From an uncultured virus (IMG/VR IMGVR_UViG_3300042396_000075) (taxonomy: Duplodnaviria > Heunggongvirae > Uroviricota > Caudoviricetes): a stretch of 64,000 nucleotides of DNA. Each line of letters opens with the position of its first letter. Within the stretch, counting starts at the first letter, position 1. Location of the stretch: the IMG/VR virus record IMGVR_UViG_3300042396_000075; one strand, 5' to 3'. The translations under genes were made by a program, and so were the position numbers. This document shows positions 1 through 9,241 of the stretch, piece by piece. The notes beneath the pieces are model-generated. The model was not told the DNA's origin and ran no database searches. It saw nothing but the letters and a program-made list of their open reading frames with translations.

Positions 1-273
1 CTCCCTTGGGAAAACCTAGAGACTTCAGTACAGAGAGCCATCATGGCTACTGCTATGCGTCACTACCAGAGTATTACTCAGGGTGATGAAGCAACTGATG
101 CTTTCTTAGGCTACCAAGAGCAGCTCTTTAATCTTAAGAGCAGAGCTTCAGATATTAATGATAAGAAGAAAAACATCTTTAACAATAATAATATGATTCG
201 AGATGTTGCCCTGCGTACTCGTTATTTTAGTGATTCAACCCGTTTTAGGTACTGGAGTACCGGAGGTATTTAA
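1..273 (+). CDS. Tail tubular protein A (T7 gp11-like), 5'-truncated
   Basis: Frame is open from base 1 (LPWENLETSVQRAIMATAMRHYQ...), resembling the gp11 C-terminal half; its stop overlaps the start of tubular protein B. Confidence 0.7.
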   Translation, partial: LPWENLETSVQRAIMATAMRHYQSITQGDEATDAFLGYQEQLFNLKSRASDINDKKKNIFNNNNMIRDVALRTRYFSDSTRFRYWSTGGI

Positions 274-3200
274 TGGCTATTCGCAGACGAAGCCCACAGG
301 CTGGGTATGCCTCGACCAAACTTCCTGTCTTCACAACCAACTCTGTTGGTAGACAGTCGCCTAATAGACGGCAACCAAACGAAGCAGAGAATATTGACAA
401 TGCTTTAGTTTCCCTAGAGCGTAACTTTGAGAAGCGACCCGGCTTTGAGATTGTACCGCAGAAGTCTGCAGCCGAAGCTACCTCATGGGATACCTCATCC
501 AATGCTATTCGATTAGATTTGTATTCCCTAGCAGCTGTGCCATCAACCCATGATCTATGGTACTACTGGTACAGTATTAATGAAGAGAATACATTCCTTG
601 TTGTGGTTGACTTTAGTGCAACCACAACTGCTCATAATTTATTTTATATTTTTAGAGTCTACCCTACAGGTAAGTGGGAAGATCTAACTCCAGCTAATCA
701 GAATACTGAGGCTGTAGTCAGTGCAACTAGCCGTGCATACATCACACATAACCCCAACAGCAAGACAGCCAAGGAATCCCTTAAGGCTGTATCATTGGGA
801 TCAAGCGTAGTTGTTCTTAATAAGAATGTACGAGCGGGATTCAGTTCTGATGTTACTGGGGATGTAAATACTGATGGTATGTTATTTGATTTAAACGGAG
901 ATGTCACTACAACTCCAGATGTCAATGGTCGTAAGATTAAATACTATACGGCAGCTAAGGTTGCCAAGGTATTTGACACGGGTGTGGATACTCTACCAAG
1001 TACAGAAGATGATGTTTTACTTGGGTGGCGACCTGCGCTAATAACTGGTATATCACAAACAGTTGGTGGAAGTTCTACTTCTCATATTCATTTATCTAAT
1101 GCAGCTTCTAATGTAGATGATGCTTATAATTGGATGACAATTAGGGCAACTTTTGCTAATGGAGAAGTAAGTAATGCACTTAGAATAGCAGACTATGTTG
1201 GTGCAACTAGACAAGCCACACTTGTTAATGGAGTGGTATTTCCACAAAACACTAACAATTCAACTACCAAATACACAATTGATATTGCATCATTAGAAGT
1301 TAAAGGAAGCTTAACCGCTACTTCAGTTGTTACAGCAACTACAATACAATTAGCAGCATCTGCATCTATCACAAATGATGCGTATAAAGGACAGTTAATT
1401 GTTCTTGCTAATGGTGGTGGTGAAGGGACATATACTATAACAGGATATGTAGGTCAAACTAAAGTAGCCACCATTTCTCCTGCTATTACTGGTAGCAATG
1501 CAACTGCAAGTACTACTTACACGATTAATATAACCAATGCAGATTATATCTCTGCTGATGATTACTATTACTATAATACAGCTCAAGCTTACTTAGGAAG
1601 TCGTGTAGATGATTTATCTACCATTAGACTACCACCTGAAAAGGATGATTGGTTTTCTAATAATTCTAAACTAAGTAGTCCCACAGATAACACTGCTAAG
1701 CTAATGCTTGAGTCTCTCTATGATAGTGACACTCTTCTTAATGGAATTATCAAGGGTCGTGGTAAGATTTTCTTCACACTCAACCCATATCTTAATACCA
1801 CAAGTGGATACTATAGAGTCATTAGTTGGAACCCAGCTGAGCAGACTTATTATTATGATCCAAATGATACTACTAAAGGTATCTATACTTATTCGGGTGT
1901 CACTGTAGTTGGTCCTAATACCATAACACACACAACAGCAATCACCACAACAGGTAGACCTTATCTCCAGAAGATTAGAACACCTGATGAACACTCTTAC
2001 ATTGATCCACGAAGAATGCCACAGAAGCTTGTGGTATCTATTGATTCATCCAATGTAACCGCATGGAACATTGAGCCAATCAAGTGGTCTGCTAGAACCA
2101 CAGGTGACAAGACAACCAATCCGGGACCGAGTATCTTTAAGACCGTAGACCGCAAAAAGCTTAAGCATGTAAAGATTAATTCTATCGCAGTCTTTAAAGA
2201 TAGACTATGGTTCTCCGCTGATGATGTTATCTTTTCATCTGAGATGGGTGAATATGAATCACTCTTCCTTAAGGATGCAGAGAATATTATCACCACAGAT
2301 CCTATTGACATTCGTGTTTCTTCAAACAGCTACTGTGAGATCACAAGTATGACTCCCTTTGAAGAGTATATGTTTATTAATACTAAGGCTAACATTCAAT
2401 TCCAATTGATGTCTGCCGCAGGTATGGAACTGTCGCCAAGCAATGTAGCGGTAGCCCCGGTTACCTACTATGGTACTGCGCCTATCCTAGACCCACAGTT
2501 TATTGGATCGCGTCTATACTTCTTTGATTCCCAGAAGCTCTTCCTGTTTACGGGTAAGGGTACAATGGGCTACGCCTCTGCTGTAGAGGTTTCAAGCACA
2601 GCAGCTGGCTATCTACCAAAGAACTACAGGACTGCAGCCACAGCTCCCGCACAGGACACACTGCTGTTTGTAGATGATGACCAGCGGAACCATATCTATG
2701 GTTATGTCAATCGGTTTAGTGGGGATAGGGTTGTACAGAATTCATTCTATCGCTATATCCTAGATGATACAGATTCTATTGAGACACTACAGTGCTTTGC
2801 TAATAACATGTATGTTGTCAGTAAACGAGAAACTAGTCTGGGTAGTAATACCTATGCTTATTATCTTTATCGTAACTACATGTTAAATGAGGATGTATAT
2901 GTTCCTCGTCTTGATCGCATGTTTAAGATGAAGATTATTGGTTCAGATAATCAACCTGTTTTTTACAATGCGAAGTATGATCCATACACAGCAATGACAA
3001 CTTATCGCATACCCGGACATACTAATATAACTGAAACGGATAAGTACTTTGTTGTCCTCTTTAAGGGATATTTAAATAACGGCACTCCTGATAGTGAAGA
3101 TTTAAGTAATGTAGCTATACAACCTTTTAGTGTAACTAATAAAACAGATGCTAATGGAGGACAGTATACAGAGATTGTAGTCATTGGTGCTAACTACGCT

Positions 3201-3605
3201 GTATCAAACTACTATGTATACATTGGTCTTAAGTTTAAGATGAATGTAGAACTTAGTACTCTCTTTGTACGCGATGAGAATAATAATATTATTGATGGTG
3301 TATTGAATATTCGTAGTGCTATCTTTAGACACTACTTCACTGGACCATATGATATCGAAGTAACCCATAGAGGTAGACCCGCATTCACAACAAGCTATAT
3401 TCCAACAAGACCGGAGTATACAATCTATGAAGATACTTTACCTCTAGAGATATTCCAAAAGCAAGGTGAGTTTGTATCCAAGATTCTTGGGTACTCAGAT
3501 TCAACTACTATTAGAATTACCAGTGAATACCCAACTCCAGTTAATATTACAAACATGGAGTTCAAGGGTAAGTTTAAACAGAAATACACAACCATTGACA
3601 GTTAA
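273..3605 (+). CDS. Tail tubular protein B / nozzle (T7 gp12-like)
   Basis: 1110 aa; N-terminal SVGRQ...EKRPG, WSARTTGDKTTNPGPS, VFKDRLWF and TDPIDI motifs typical of gp12 homologues; synteny. Confidence 0.9.
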   Translation: MAIRRRSPQAGYASTKLPVFTTNSVGRQSPNRRQPNEAENIDNALVSLERNFEKRPGFEIVPQKSAAEATSWDTSSNAIRLDLYSLAAVPSTHDLWYYWYSINEENTFLVVVDFSATTTAHNLFYIFRVYPTGKWEDLTPANQNTEAVVSATSRAYITHNPNSKTAKESLKAVSLGSSVVVLNKNVRAGFSSDVTGDVNTDGMLFDLNGDVTTTPDVNGRKIKYYTAAKVAKVFDTGVDTLPSTEDDVLLGWRPALITGISQTVGGSSTSHIHLSNAASNVDDAYNWMTIRATFANGEVSNALRIADYVGATRQATLVNGVVFPQNTNNSTTKYTIDIASLEVKGSLTATSVVTATTIQLAASASITNDAYKGQLIVLANGGGEGTYTITGYVGQTKVATISPAITGSNATASTTYTINITNADYISADDYYYYNTAQAYLGSRVDDLSTIRLPPEKDDWFSNNSKLSSPTDNTAKLMLESLYDSDTLLNGIIKGRGKIFFTLNPYLNTTSGYYRVISWNPAEQTYYYDPNDTTKGIYTYSGVTVVGPNTITHTTAITTTGRPYLQKIRTPDEHSYIDPRRMPQKLVVSIDSSNVTAWNIEPIKWSARTTGDKTTNPGPSIFKTVDRKKLKHVKINSIAVFKDRLWFSADDVIFSSEMGEYESLFLKDAENIITTDPIDIRVSSNSYCEITSMTPFEEYMFINTKANIQFQLMSAAGMELSPSNVAVAPVTYYGTAPILDPQFIGSRLYFFDSQKLFLFTGKGTMGYASAVEVSSTAAGYLPKNYRTAATAPAQDTLLFVDDDQRNHIYGYVNRFSGDRVVQNSFYRYILDDTDSIETLQCFANNMYVVSKRETSLGSNTYAYYLYRNYMLNEDVYVPRLDRMFKMKIIGSDNQPVFYNAKYDPYTAMTTYRIPGHTNITETDKYFVVLFKGYLNNGTPDSEDLSNVAIQPFSVTNKTDANGGQYTEIVVIGANYAVSNYYVYIGLKFKMNVELSTLFVRDENNNIIDGVLNIRSAIFRHYFTGPYDIEVTHRGRPAFTTSYIPTRPEYTIYEDTLPLEIFQKQGEFVSKILGYSDSTTIRITSEYPTPVNITNMEFKGKFKQKYTTIDS

Positions 3606-3616
3606 CGGAGACACAT

Positions 3617-6600
3617 ATGACAACATATGATAATTTAAATATAGCAACAACAACATTGGTTTTTCAGGGATCAGGAAATACATCGGTCGCATCTGGAATA
3701 TTTGACCTAAGCTCATTAGCTTTTTTACCAAACATTCCTTTAATTGATCAGATTGAAGTAGAACGAGTGTTTGATACAGGTTATGATACTAAATTTGGTA
3801 ACTACTCTTTTACTATTGCTAATCGTAGAGAGATGTTTATTTTTCCAAAGAATTGGTATTCAATTAATGAACAGACAAAAGTATTAACATTTAAAGATCT
3901 TTCTACTATTCCACTTTATGAGGAGAATGGTTTATATTATCCTTACTCTAGGAGTTATGACTTTCCTAGCGGACCCAATCTTGATATTCCAACTGTTCAA
4001 GCTACTTCTTCACAGGTAGGTGGTATTACTCGACAAGCAGATATAGTTTATATTCGGCGTAAGACTCCTTCAATAAATAGTATTGTAACATTTGCACCCG
4101 GTACACGATTAACTACCACCCAATTAAACTTACAGTTTGATCAATTAAAATTTAACATTCAAGAGTTAGTAGCAAAGTTTCGTAATGAAGCTATTTTAAA
4201 GTATGACGAGAATGCAGTAGATGGTCCTTTCCTTGGACAGGGCGATCTAAAGATGAATAACAATTACATCAAAGATGTTAACTCGCCAGCATTTACACTA
4301 TATAACCAAAATATTATAGATTCTTCAGGTCTTAGCTTTTCTGCAAATACTTTTCTTGTTAATTTAGGTGCTGTAGCTAGTGGTATAATTAATGGAACCT
4401 TACATAGAACAGGTCTTAATTCTAGTCCTCCTGTATTTTCTGGGGATTATGATGCTGGTACCCTTAAGTTAATTAACTTGGCTAATGGTTCTAGTGCTCA
4501 AGATGCCGCTACTATGGGTCAGATTAGTAATGCAAGTAACATAACAACGGGTACTTTAAACCCAGCTCTATTTACAGACGCAACTATTCCTTTAGAAAAA
4601 CTTTCTGCTTCAAGAGTAACCTATACTCTTCCTGAGGCTGCTTTACCTAGTGCTAATTCCCTTAGTGTAATTACACCTTATGGTTCAGCAACTGCTACCA
4701 ATACAAACAACATAATCTATGCATCTGTAGATCCCAAAGGAAGAATCACTTCTGTTGGACATCGTAATTTAGCTGCTGGTGATCTTCCCAATACAACTGT
4801 AACCGCAAATACTTATGGCAGTGCTAATACTAAAGTTCCACAAATAACCATAGATGCTCAGGGTCGTATTACACTAGCTTCAGATAGAACTTTAGCTGCT
4901 GCAGATATTACTACTGTTAATGCTAATGCAGTTAGTGGTGTTCTTACTGCAGGTAATCTACCTGCCGTTTCTGCTGGTGGTGGTGGAGCAACCACAGTAA
5001 CTAGTATCCCTAATAGTATTACTGTCGATACCCTTGGTCGTGTGACCGCAGTATCCGGTGGTAGTATTACAGCTAGTAATGTTTCAGACTTTAATACGGC
5101 AGTTCAGACAAGCAAACTGAATCAAATGGCTGCTCCTATAGCAAATGTAACTCTTAACTCACAAAAGATTATAAACTTAGGTGCGCCAGTTGATCCTTCA
5201 GATGCTGCAACTAGAGGTTATGTAGATACAAACTTTACTTCAAGTGCAAATCTTACCGGATCTATTGATACTCGCCTTACTACTAATGCTGTTTACTTAT
5301 CAGCTGCTGGTATATTAAATGCAGGTGGTAAACCAATTACTAATGTTGGAGCTACAACTAACGCTAATGATGTAGTCACAAAGAGTTACTTAGAAGCCAA
5401 TGCAATCTATGCTACTGGTGCTAATCTTAGTGCGGGTACTAAATATCTTACTGATTTAATTATGCGTCCAAGTGGCTCTTTGTCAGCCAACGATGCAGTT
5501 AACTTTGGTTATATTGAAACCGCAATTTTAAATGCAGGTGGACAACAACTAGTTGGTACTTCTTCTCCTCAGGTTTTCAAACAAACTTGGGCATCTGCTA
5601 ATGCTATTTCAGCTAATACACCAGCTACTACAAGTTATATACGCTATCAGTTTAATTTTGTAGATCCTACAAATGTACTATATGCAACTAGTGCAACAAT
5701 GATGCTAGTTGAAGGTACTGGTGGTACTAGAATCTTTACTCCTAATATAGCTAATGCTACCGCGTCTGGTGCTAATGCTGTATATGATGGTTACTTCTGG
5801 TTAGATACTAGCGGCGGTGCAACTAAAGTATTAAATGTGTATGTTAATGCTACGCCAACAGGCGATATTACTATTAGAAACTTTGGTCTATCTCGTATTG
5901 TTGCTGGTGGAACAGCCACCGAAAGCGCAACTGGTTTAGTTTCTATTGTTCCTGGAACTGAAGGTGGTATTAGTGTATCTGGTGCGGGTGCTATTGCTCT
6001 CAGACCTGCTACTTCATCGCAAATAGGTGGTATTAAACTAGGTTCTACTTTATCTACTTCCAGTGGTCTTGTTAATGTTGTGTTCCCGATTGCTGGAAAC
6101 ACTACTCTTGGTCAAGTAATGGTTGATGTAGTTGCTAATAGTGGCTTAAGTTTAAACACCGGAACAGGTGCTCTATCTTTACCAACTGCATCTACAACAC
6201 AACTTGGTGGTGTTAAAATTGACACTACTGCTGGCTTAACAAACACTAGTGGTTTAATTTCAGTAACCCGAAGTGATTCTACTAGTAGTAACTCTACTAC
6301 AACTTTAGCTAACTCTAAAGCAGTAAGTGATCTTAAGGGTCTTTCAATGCTGCTTGATGGTACTCAAACCATGACGGGCAAGCTAAAGACATTTGCATCA
6401 ACTGCAAGTGTTGCTAGTTTAAATGTTCCATCTGGTGTTGCTGTAACAACACGAACAACTGGGGATATATGGAATTTAAGTGGTAGTCTACAATTTAGTC
6501 CTGATGGGACTGCAGTAAAAACTCTTGCTTATCTTGATAGTTCTATCACAGGTAATGCAGCAACAGCTACAGCTTTAACTCCCGGTGGAGCTATTACTCT

Positions 6601-8041
6601 AACAGGTGCAGTAACTTCGTCTGCTACTACTTTTACAGGAAGTGCTATATCTATAGCTACGACCCTTGCTGCGGGTCAGGCTGTAACAGCCGTTACTGGT
6701 GCTGGAGCAAATGCAATAACTGCAACAAGAACAATTGATTCAGTTGCTTTAACTCTACCACAAAATATTGGAACTAGTAGTGATGTTCAGTTTGGTACAG
6801 CTAGACTTGGTAATATTACTTTAGGTACTAATACGATTAATACTGCTACTGGTACTGGTAATCTAATCATAGATTCTGCTGGTGGTACTACAACAATAAA
6901 TGATACTGTAAGTATTGCGGGACCTTTAACTGTTACTGGCAGTAATGCAACTACCCTTGGTGGTGCAGTAACTCTTAGTAGCACACTTGCTCTTAGTAAT
7001 GCCCCTTGTAAAATTGCTCTTGGTAACACAGCGGGTGCAGCTCTTACTTCTATTAATAGCGCAGGTGATGCAACAGGTGCTAATCAAATTGGAGATATTA
7101 TTCTCCGCACTCCTGCTAATGGAAGAGCATTCTTAGTTGGTAATGCTGCAAACACAACACTAACCGCAGAGAATGATGCTATTATTACTAAGGGTGTAAT
7201 GAATAGTGCAATTGCTGGACTTAGCAGTACATACATGTCTATCACTGGTGGCAACGCAGGTGCAAACAGCCAAATCTTTGGTTCTGCTCTTGGTAACTTT
7301 ATTGTTACGGGTTCTGCAGGTGCTACTTCGCTTCAGATTTCCCCTACTGGTACTGCTGTATTTGCTAATCAAGTTACTATTTCTCAAGGTGGTCTTGCTG
7401 TTAATTCCGGTGGTATAAGTGTTAATGGTGCTTCTGCTTCTACTATAGCTGGTGGTTTAGTTATTACTAGCACTGGTGCTGGTACTAATGGTGTAATTAC
7501 TGCTGCTCTAGCTCCATCGCAAGGTTCTCATTTAACCAATAAGACTTATGTTGATGGTGCTATAGATAGTATAAGTGATACAAACGCTAATATCACACTT
7601 AAAAAATTGCTTATGCAGATTCCTATAAGACAATATGTGGTAGGAGGAATAACATCAGGAGATAGTACTACACCTCTCGCTCTTACTACTAGTGGTATGA
7701 CTGTTAATGTACCAAAATATTTTCCAATAAATCTCGGAAGCGGTGGTTTTAGAGCTTCAAATCTTACTGTACTTGAAGGTCATCAAATTATAATTCTTGA
7801 GCAAATAAAAACATCAGGCACTACAACTTTTAACTATACCAAAACTCAGTTATTTGGAACTGCATCTCCAATTGCAGAAATGCTAGCTTGTCGCTTGGAT
7901 TATAATTCTATGAATACTACTGGAACATTCAATAAAACATCTATAGGAAGTATTTTAACTGGTGATGTAGGTGGTACTACATATCAACTTCATGGTGGTG
8001 GTGGAGCAGTAGTAGAACTTATTTTAATGCGTATAGCTTAA
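3617..8041 (+). CDS. Tail fibre protein
   Basis: 1474 aa, Gly/Thr/Ala/Ser-rich; gp17-like anchor motif (YIRRKTP...F.PGTRLTTTQLN); repeated DAAT.GYVD, VD..GRIT and T..QLGGVK fibre motifs. Confidence 0.85.
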   Translation: MTTYDNLNIATTTLVFQGSGNTSVASGIFDLSSLAFLPNIPLIDQIEVERVFDTGYDTKFGNYSFTIANRREMFIFPKNWYSINEQTKVLTFKDLSTIPLYEENGLYYPYSRSYDFPSGPNLDIPTVQATSSQVGGITRQADIVYIRRKTPSINSIVTFAPGTRLTTTQLNLQFDQLKFNIQELVAKFRNEAILKYDENAVDGPFLGQGDLKMNNNYIKDVNSPAFTLYNQNIIDSSGLSFSANTFLVNLGAVASGIINGTLHRTGLNSSPPVFSGDYDAGTLKLINLANGSSAQDAATMGQISNASNITTGTLNPALFTDATIPLEKLSASRVTYTLPEAALPSANSLSVITPYGSATATNTNNIIYASVDPKGRITSVGHRNLAAGDLPNTTVTANTYGSANTKVPQITIDAQGRITLASDRTLAAADITTVNANAVSGVLTAGNLPAVSAGGGGATTVTSIPNSITVDTLGRVTAVSGGSITASNVSDFNTAVQTSKLNQMAAPIANVTLNSQKIINLGAPVDPSDAATRGYVDTNFTSSANLTGSIDTRLTTNAVYLSAAGILNAGGKPITNVGATTNANDVVTKSYLEANAIYATGANLSAGTKYLTDLIMRPSGSLSANDAVNFGYIETAILNAGGQQLVGTSSPQVFKQTWASANAISANTPATTSYIRYQFNFVDPTNVLYATSATMMLVEGTGGTRIFTPNIANATASGANAVYDGYFWLDTSGGATKVLNVYVNATPTGDITIRNFGLSRIVAGGTATESATGLVSIVPGTEGGISVSGAGAIALRPATSSQIGGIKLGSTLSTSSGLVNVVFPIAGNTTLGQVMVDVVANSGLSLNTGTGALSLPTASTTQLGGVKIDTTAGLTNTSGLISVTRSDSTSSNSTTTLANSKAVSDLKGLSMLLDGTQTMTGKLKTFASTASVASLNVPSGVAVTTRTTGDIWNLSGSLQFSPDGTAVKTLAYLDSSITGNAATATALTPGGAITLTGAVTSSATTFTGSAISIATTLAAGQAVTAVTGAGANAITATRTIDSVALTLPQNIGTSSDVQFGTARLGNITLGTNTINTATGTGNLIIDSAGGTTTINDTVSIAGPLTVTGSNATTLGGAVTLSSTLALSNAPCKIALGNTAGAALTSINSAGDATGANQIGDIILRTPANGRAFLVGNAANTTLTAENDAIITKGVMNSAIAGLSSTYMSITGGNAGANSQIFGSALGNFIVTGSAGATSLQISPTGTAVFANQVTISQGGLAVNSGGISVNGASASTIAGGLVITSTGAGTNGVITAALAPSQGSHLTNKTYVDGAIDSISDTNANITLKKLLMQIPIRQYVVGGITSGDSTTPLALTTSGMTVNVPKYFPINLGSGGFRASNLTVLEGHQIIILEQIKTSGTTTFNYTKTQLFGTASPIAEMLACRLDYNSMNTTGTFNKTSIGSILTGDVGGTTYQLHGGGGAVVELILMRIA

Positions 8042-8051
8042 GGAATAACCC

Positions 8052-8306
8052 ATGAATGAGAATAACATTGGTATCTATGTTTCGGTATTACAATTAGCTA
8101 TTCTCACCATTGGGGTAGTTACTGTTATTATACGCCTAGGCAAAAGGGAGGCTCAAATCGACAACAGCATGGCAGAACTTCTTCTATTAAAAGACATAAC
8201 TAGAGATCTAGTTAAGACTGATATTGAATTAGGAAAGAACATGGTGGCTGTAATGGTTGAGTTGAAGGAACTACGGTATCGCATTGAGATGCTAGAAAGG
8301 GATTAA
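8052..8306 (+). CDS. Membrane protein with one TM helix and a coiled coil (possible holin/lysis protein)
   Basis: N-terminal hydrophobic helix; position after the tail fibre. Confidence 0.45.
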   Translation: MNENNIGIYVSVLQLAILTIGVVTVIIRLGKREAQIDNSMAELLLLKDITRDLVKTDIELGKNMVAVMVELKELRYRIEMLERD

Positions 8307-8776
8307 TGCGTAAGATATTCTTACTAGTTTTTCTTACAGGGTGTTCATCTGTTAATGAGATATCTACAAGCACTTATAAGATTCAAACAAATGCTTTACA
8401 GATATTAAATACAAATGACATCGTAGTCGCCCACAAACATGCCCGTAATATCCTTGGTGAATCTGAGGATATTGCTGGTGTCTTAGGTAATATAAAAGAC
8501 AGTACCCCTTGGTGGGCAGACCTACTTAGCTACGGCTTTATTGCTGCAGCTATATTAGGTGTATGTGTACTCTTGTGGTACACAGGAATTGGTACATTAA
8601 TTAAGAAGGTAGTATATTCTCTTGGGTTGTTTATCCCAGAGAAGAAGATTCAACAAGCTAAGTTGCTTGCTGAAGCCAAGGACGAATCAGATCCTACTAC
8701 CATTAGAGAAGCAATCGCAGCATTCAGAGCAGGAGATCCTGCCTTCGATGCTGCATATAAGAAAGTACAAGGATAA
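8306..8776 (+). CDS. Lipoprotein with internal TM helix (possible unimolecular spanin)
   Basis: Lipobox LTGC at aa 10-13; hydrophobic segment at about aa 72-95. Confidence 0.5.
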   Translation: MRKIFLLVFLTGCSSVNEISTSTYKIQTNALQILNTNDIVVAHKHARNILGESEDIAGVLGNIKDSTPWWADLLSYGFIAAAILGVCVLLWYTGIGTLIKKVVYSLGLFIPEKKIQQAKLLAEAKDESDPTTIREAIAAFRAGDPAFDAAYKKVQG

Positions 8777-8780
8777 TATT

Positions 8781-8894
8781 ATGGCATCATTTATCGGTTC
8801 AGTTTGGTTTGCATGTCTTCTTTGCGTGGTTGGCTATATCGCTGGATCAGTCGTTCCAGTGAGCAAGCTGCCTGAGCTGTTCAAGAAGAAGTGA
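8781..8894 (+). CDS. Small membrane peptide (37 aa)
   Basis: MASFIGSVWFACLLCVVGYIAGSVVPVSKLPELFKKK; ATG follows AAGGA; one TM helix. Confidence 0.55.
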   Translation: MASFIGSVWFACLLCVVGYIAGSVVPVSKLPELFKKK

Positions 8895-9115
8895 ATAAAG
8901 AACTTATCACTCAATTAAATGCTCGTCTTATTGAGCGTCTTCTAGACGATCTTCAGGACGATACAAAGAGTACCCCCGGTCTGTACCAAGTCATTCGTGG
9001 CGTGGTCAACGACAACCGGGAAGCTCTAGATGGTATCCCTACGACCTCCCTTGACACCCTAGAGGTGGCAATGAAGGCTAAGATGCCATTCAAATTTAAG
9101 TCTACCCAGATTTAA
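8891..9115 (+). CDS. Terminase small subunit (T7 gp18-like)
   Basis: 74 aa, helical, TPGLYQVIRGVVNDN motif; directly upstream of the large terminase. Confidence 0.7.
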   Translation: MNKELITQLNARLIERLLDDLQDDTKSTPGLYQVIRGVVNDNREALDGIPTTSLDTLEVAMKAKMPFKFKSTQI

Positions 9116-9121
9116 CACAAC

Positions 9122-9160
9122 GGTTCCTAGGGGCAGGAATGCCCTTAGGAACCATTTGAT
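9122..9160 (+). terminator. 14-bp GGAA-tetraloop hairpin, probable terminator or processing site
   Basis: GGTTCCTAGGGGCA-GGAA-TGCCCTTAGGAACC followed by ATTTGAT. Confidence 0.5.
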
Positions 9161-9241
9161 TGTACTTGGGCTAGCAAGATAGCCCATTGACTGAGAAACC
9201 GTTTATAGCCCCTGCTAGGGGGCTTAGAAAGGAAGCCTTCT

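Noticed and set aside
3617..8041. Diversity-generating retroelement acting on the fibres
   Set aside because: No reverse transcriptase and no template/variable repeat pair seen
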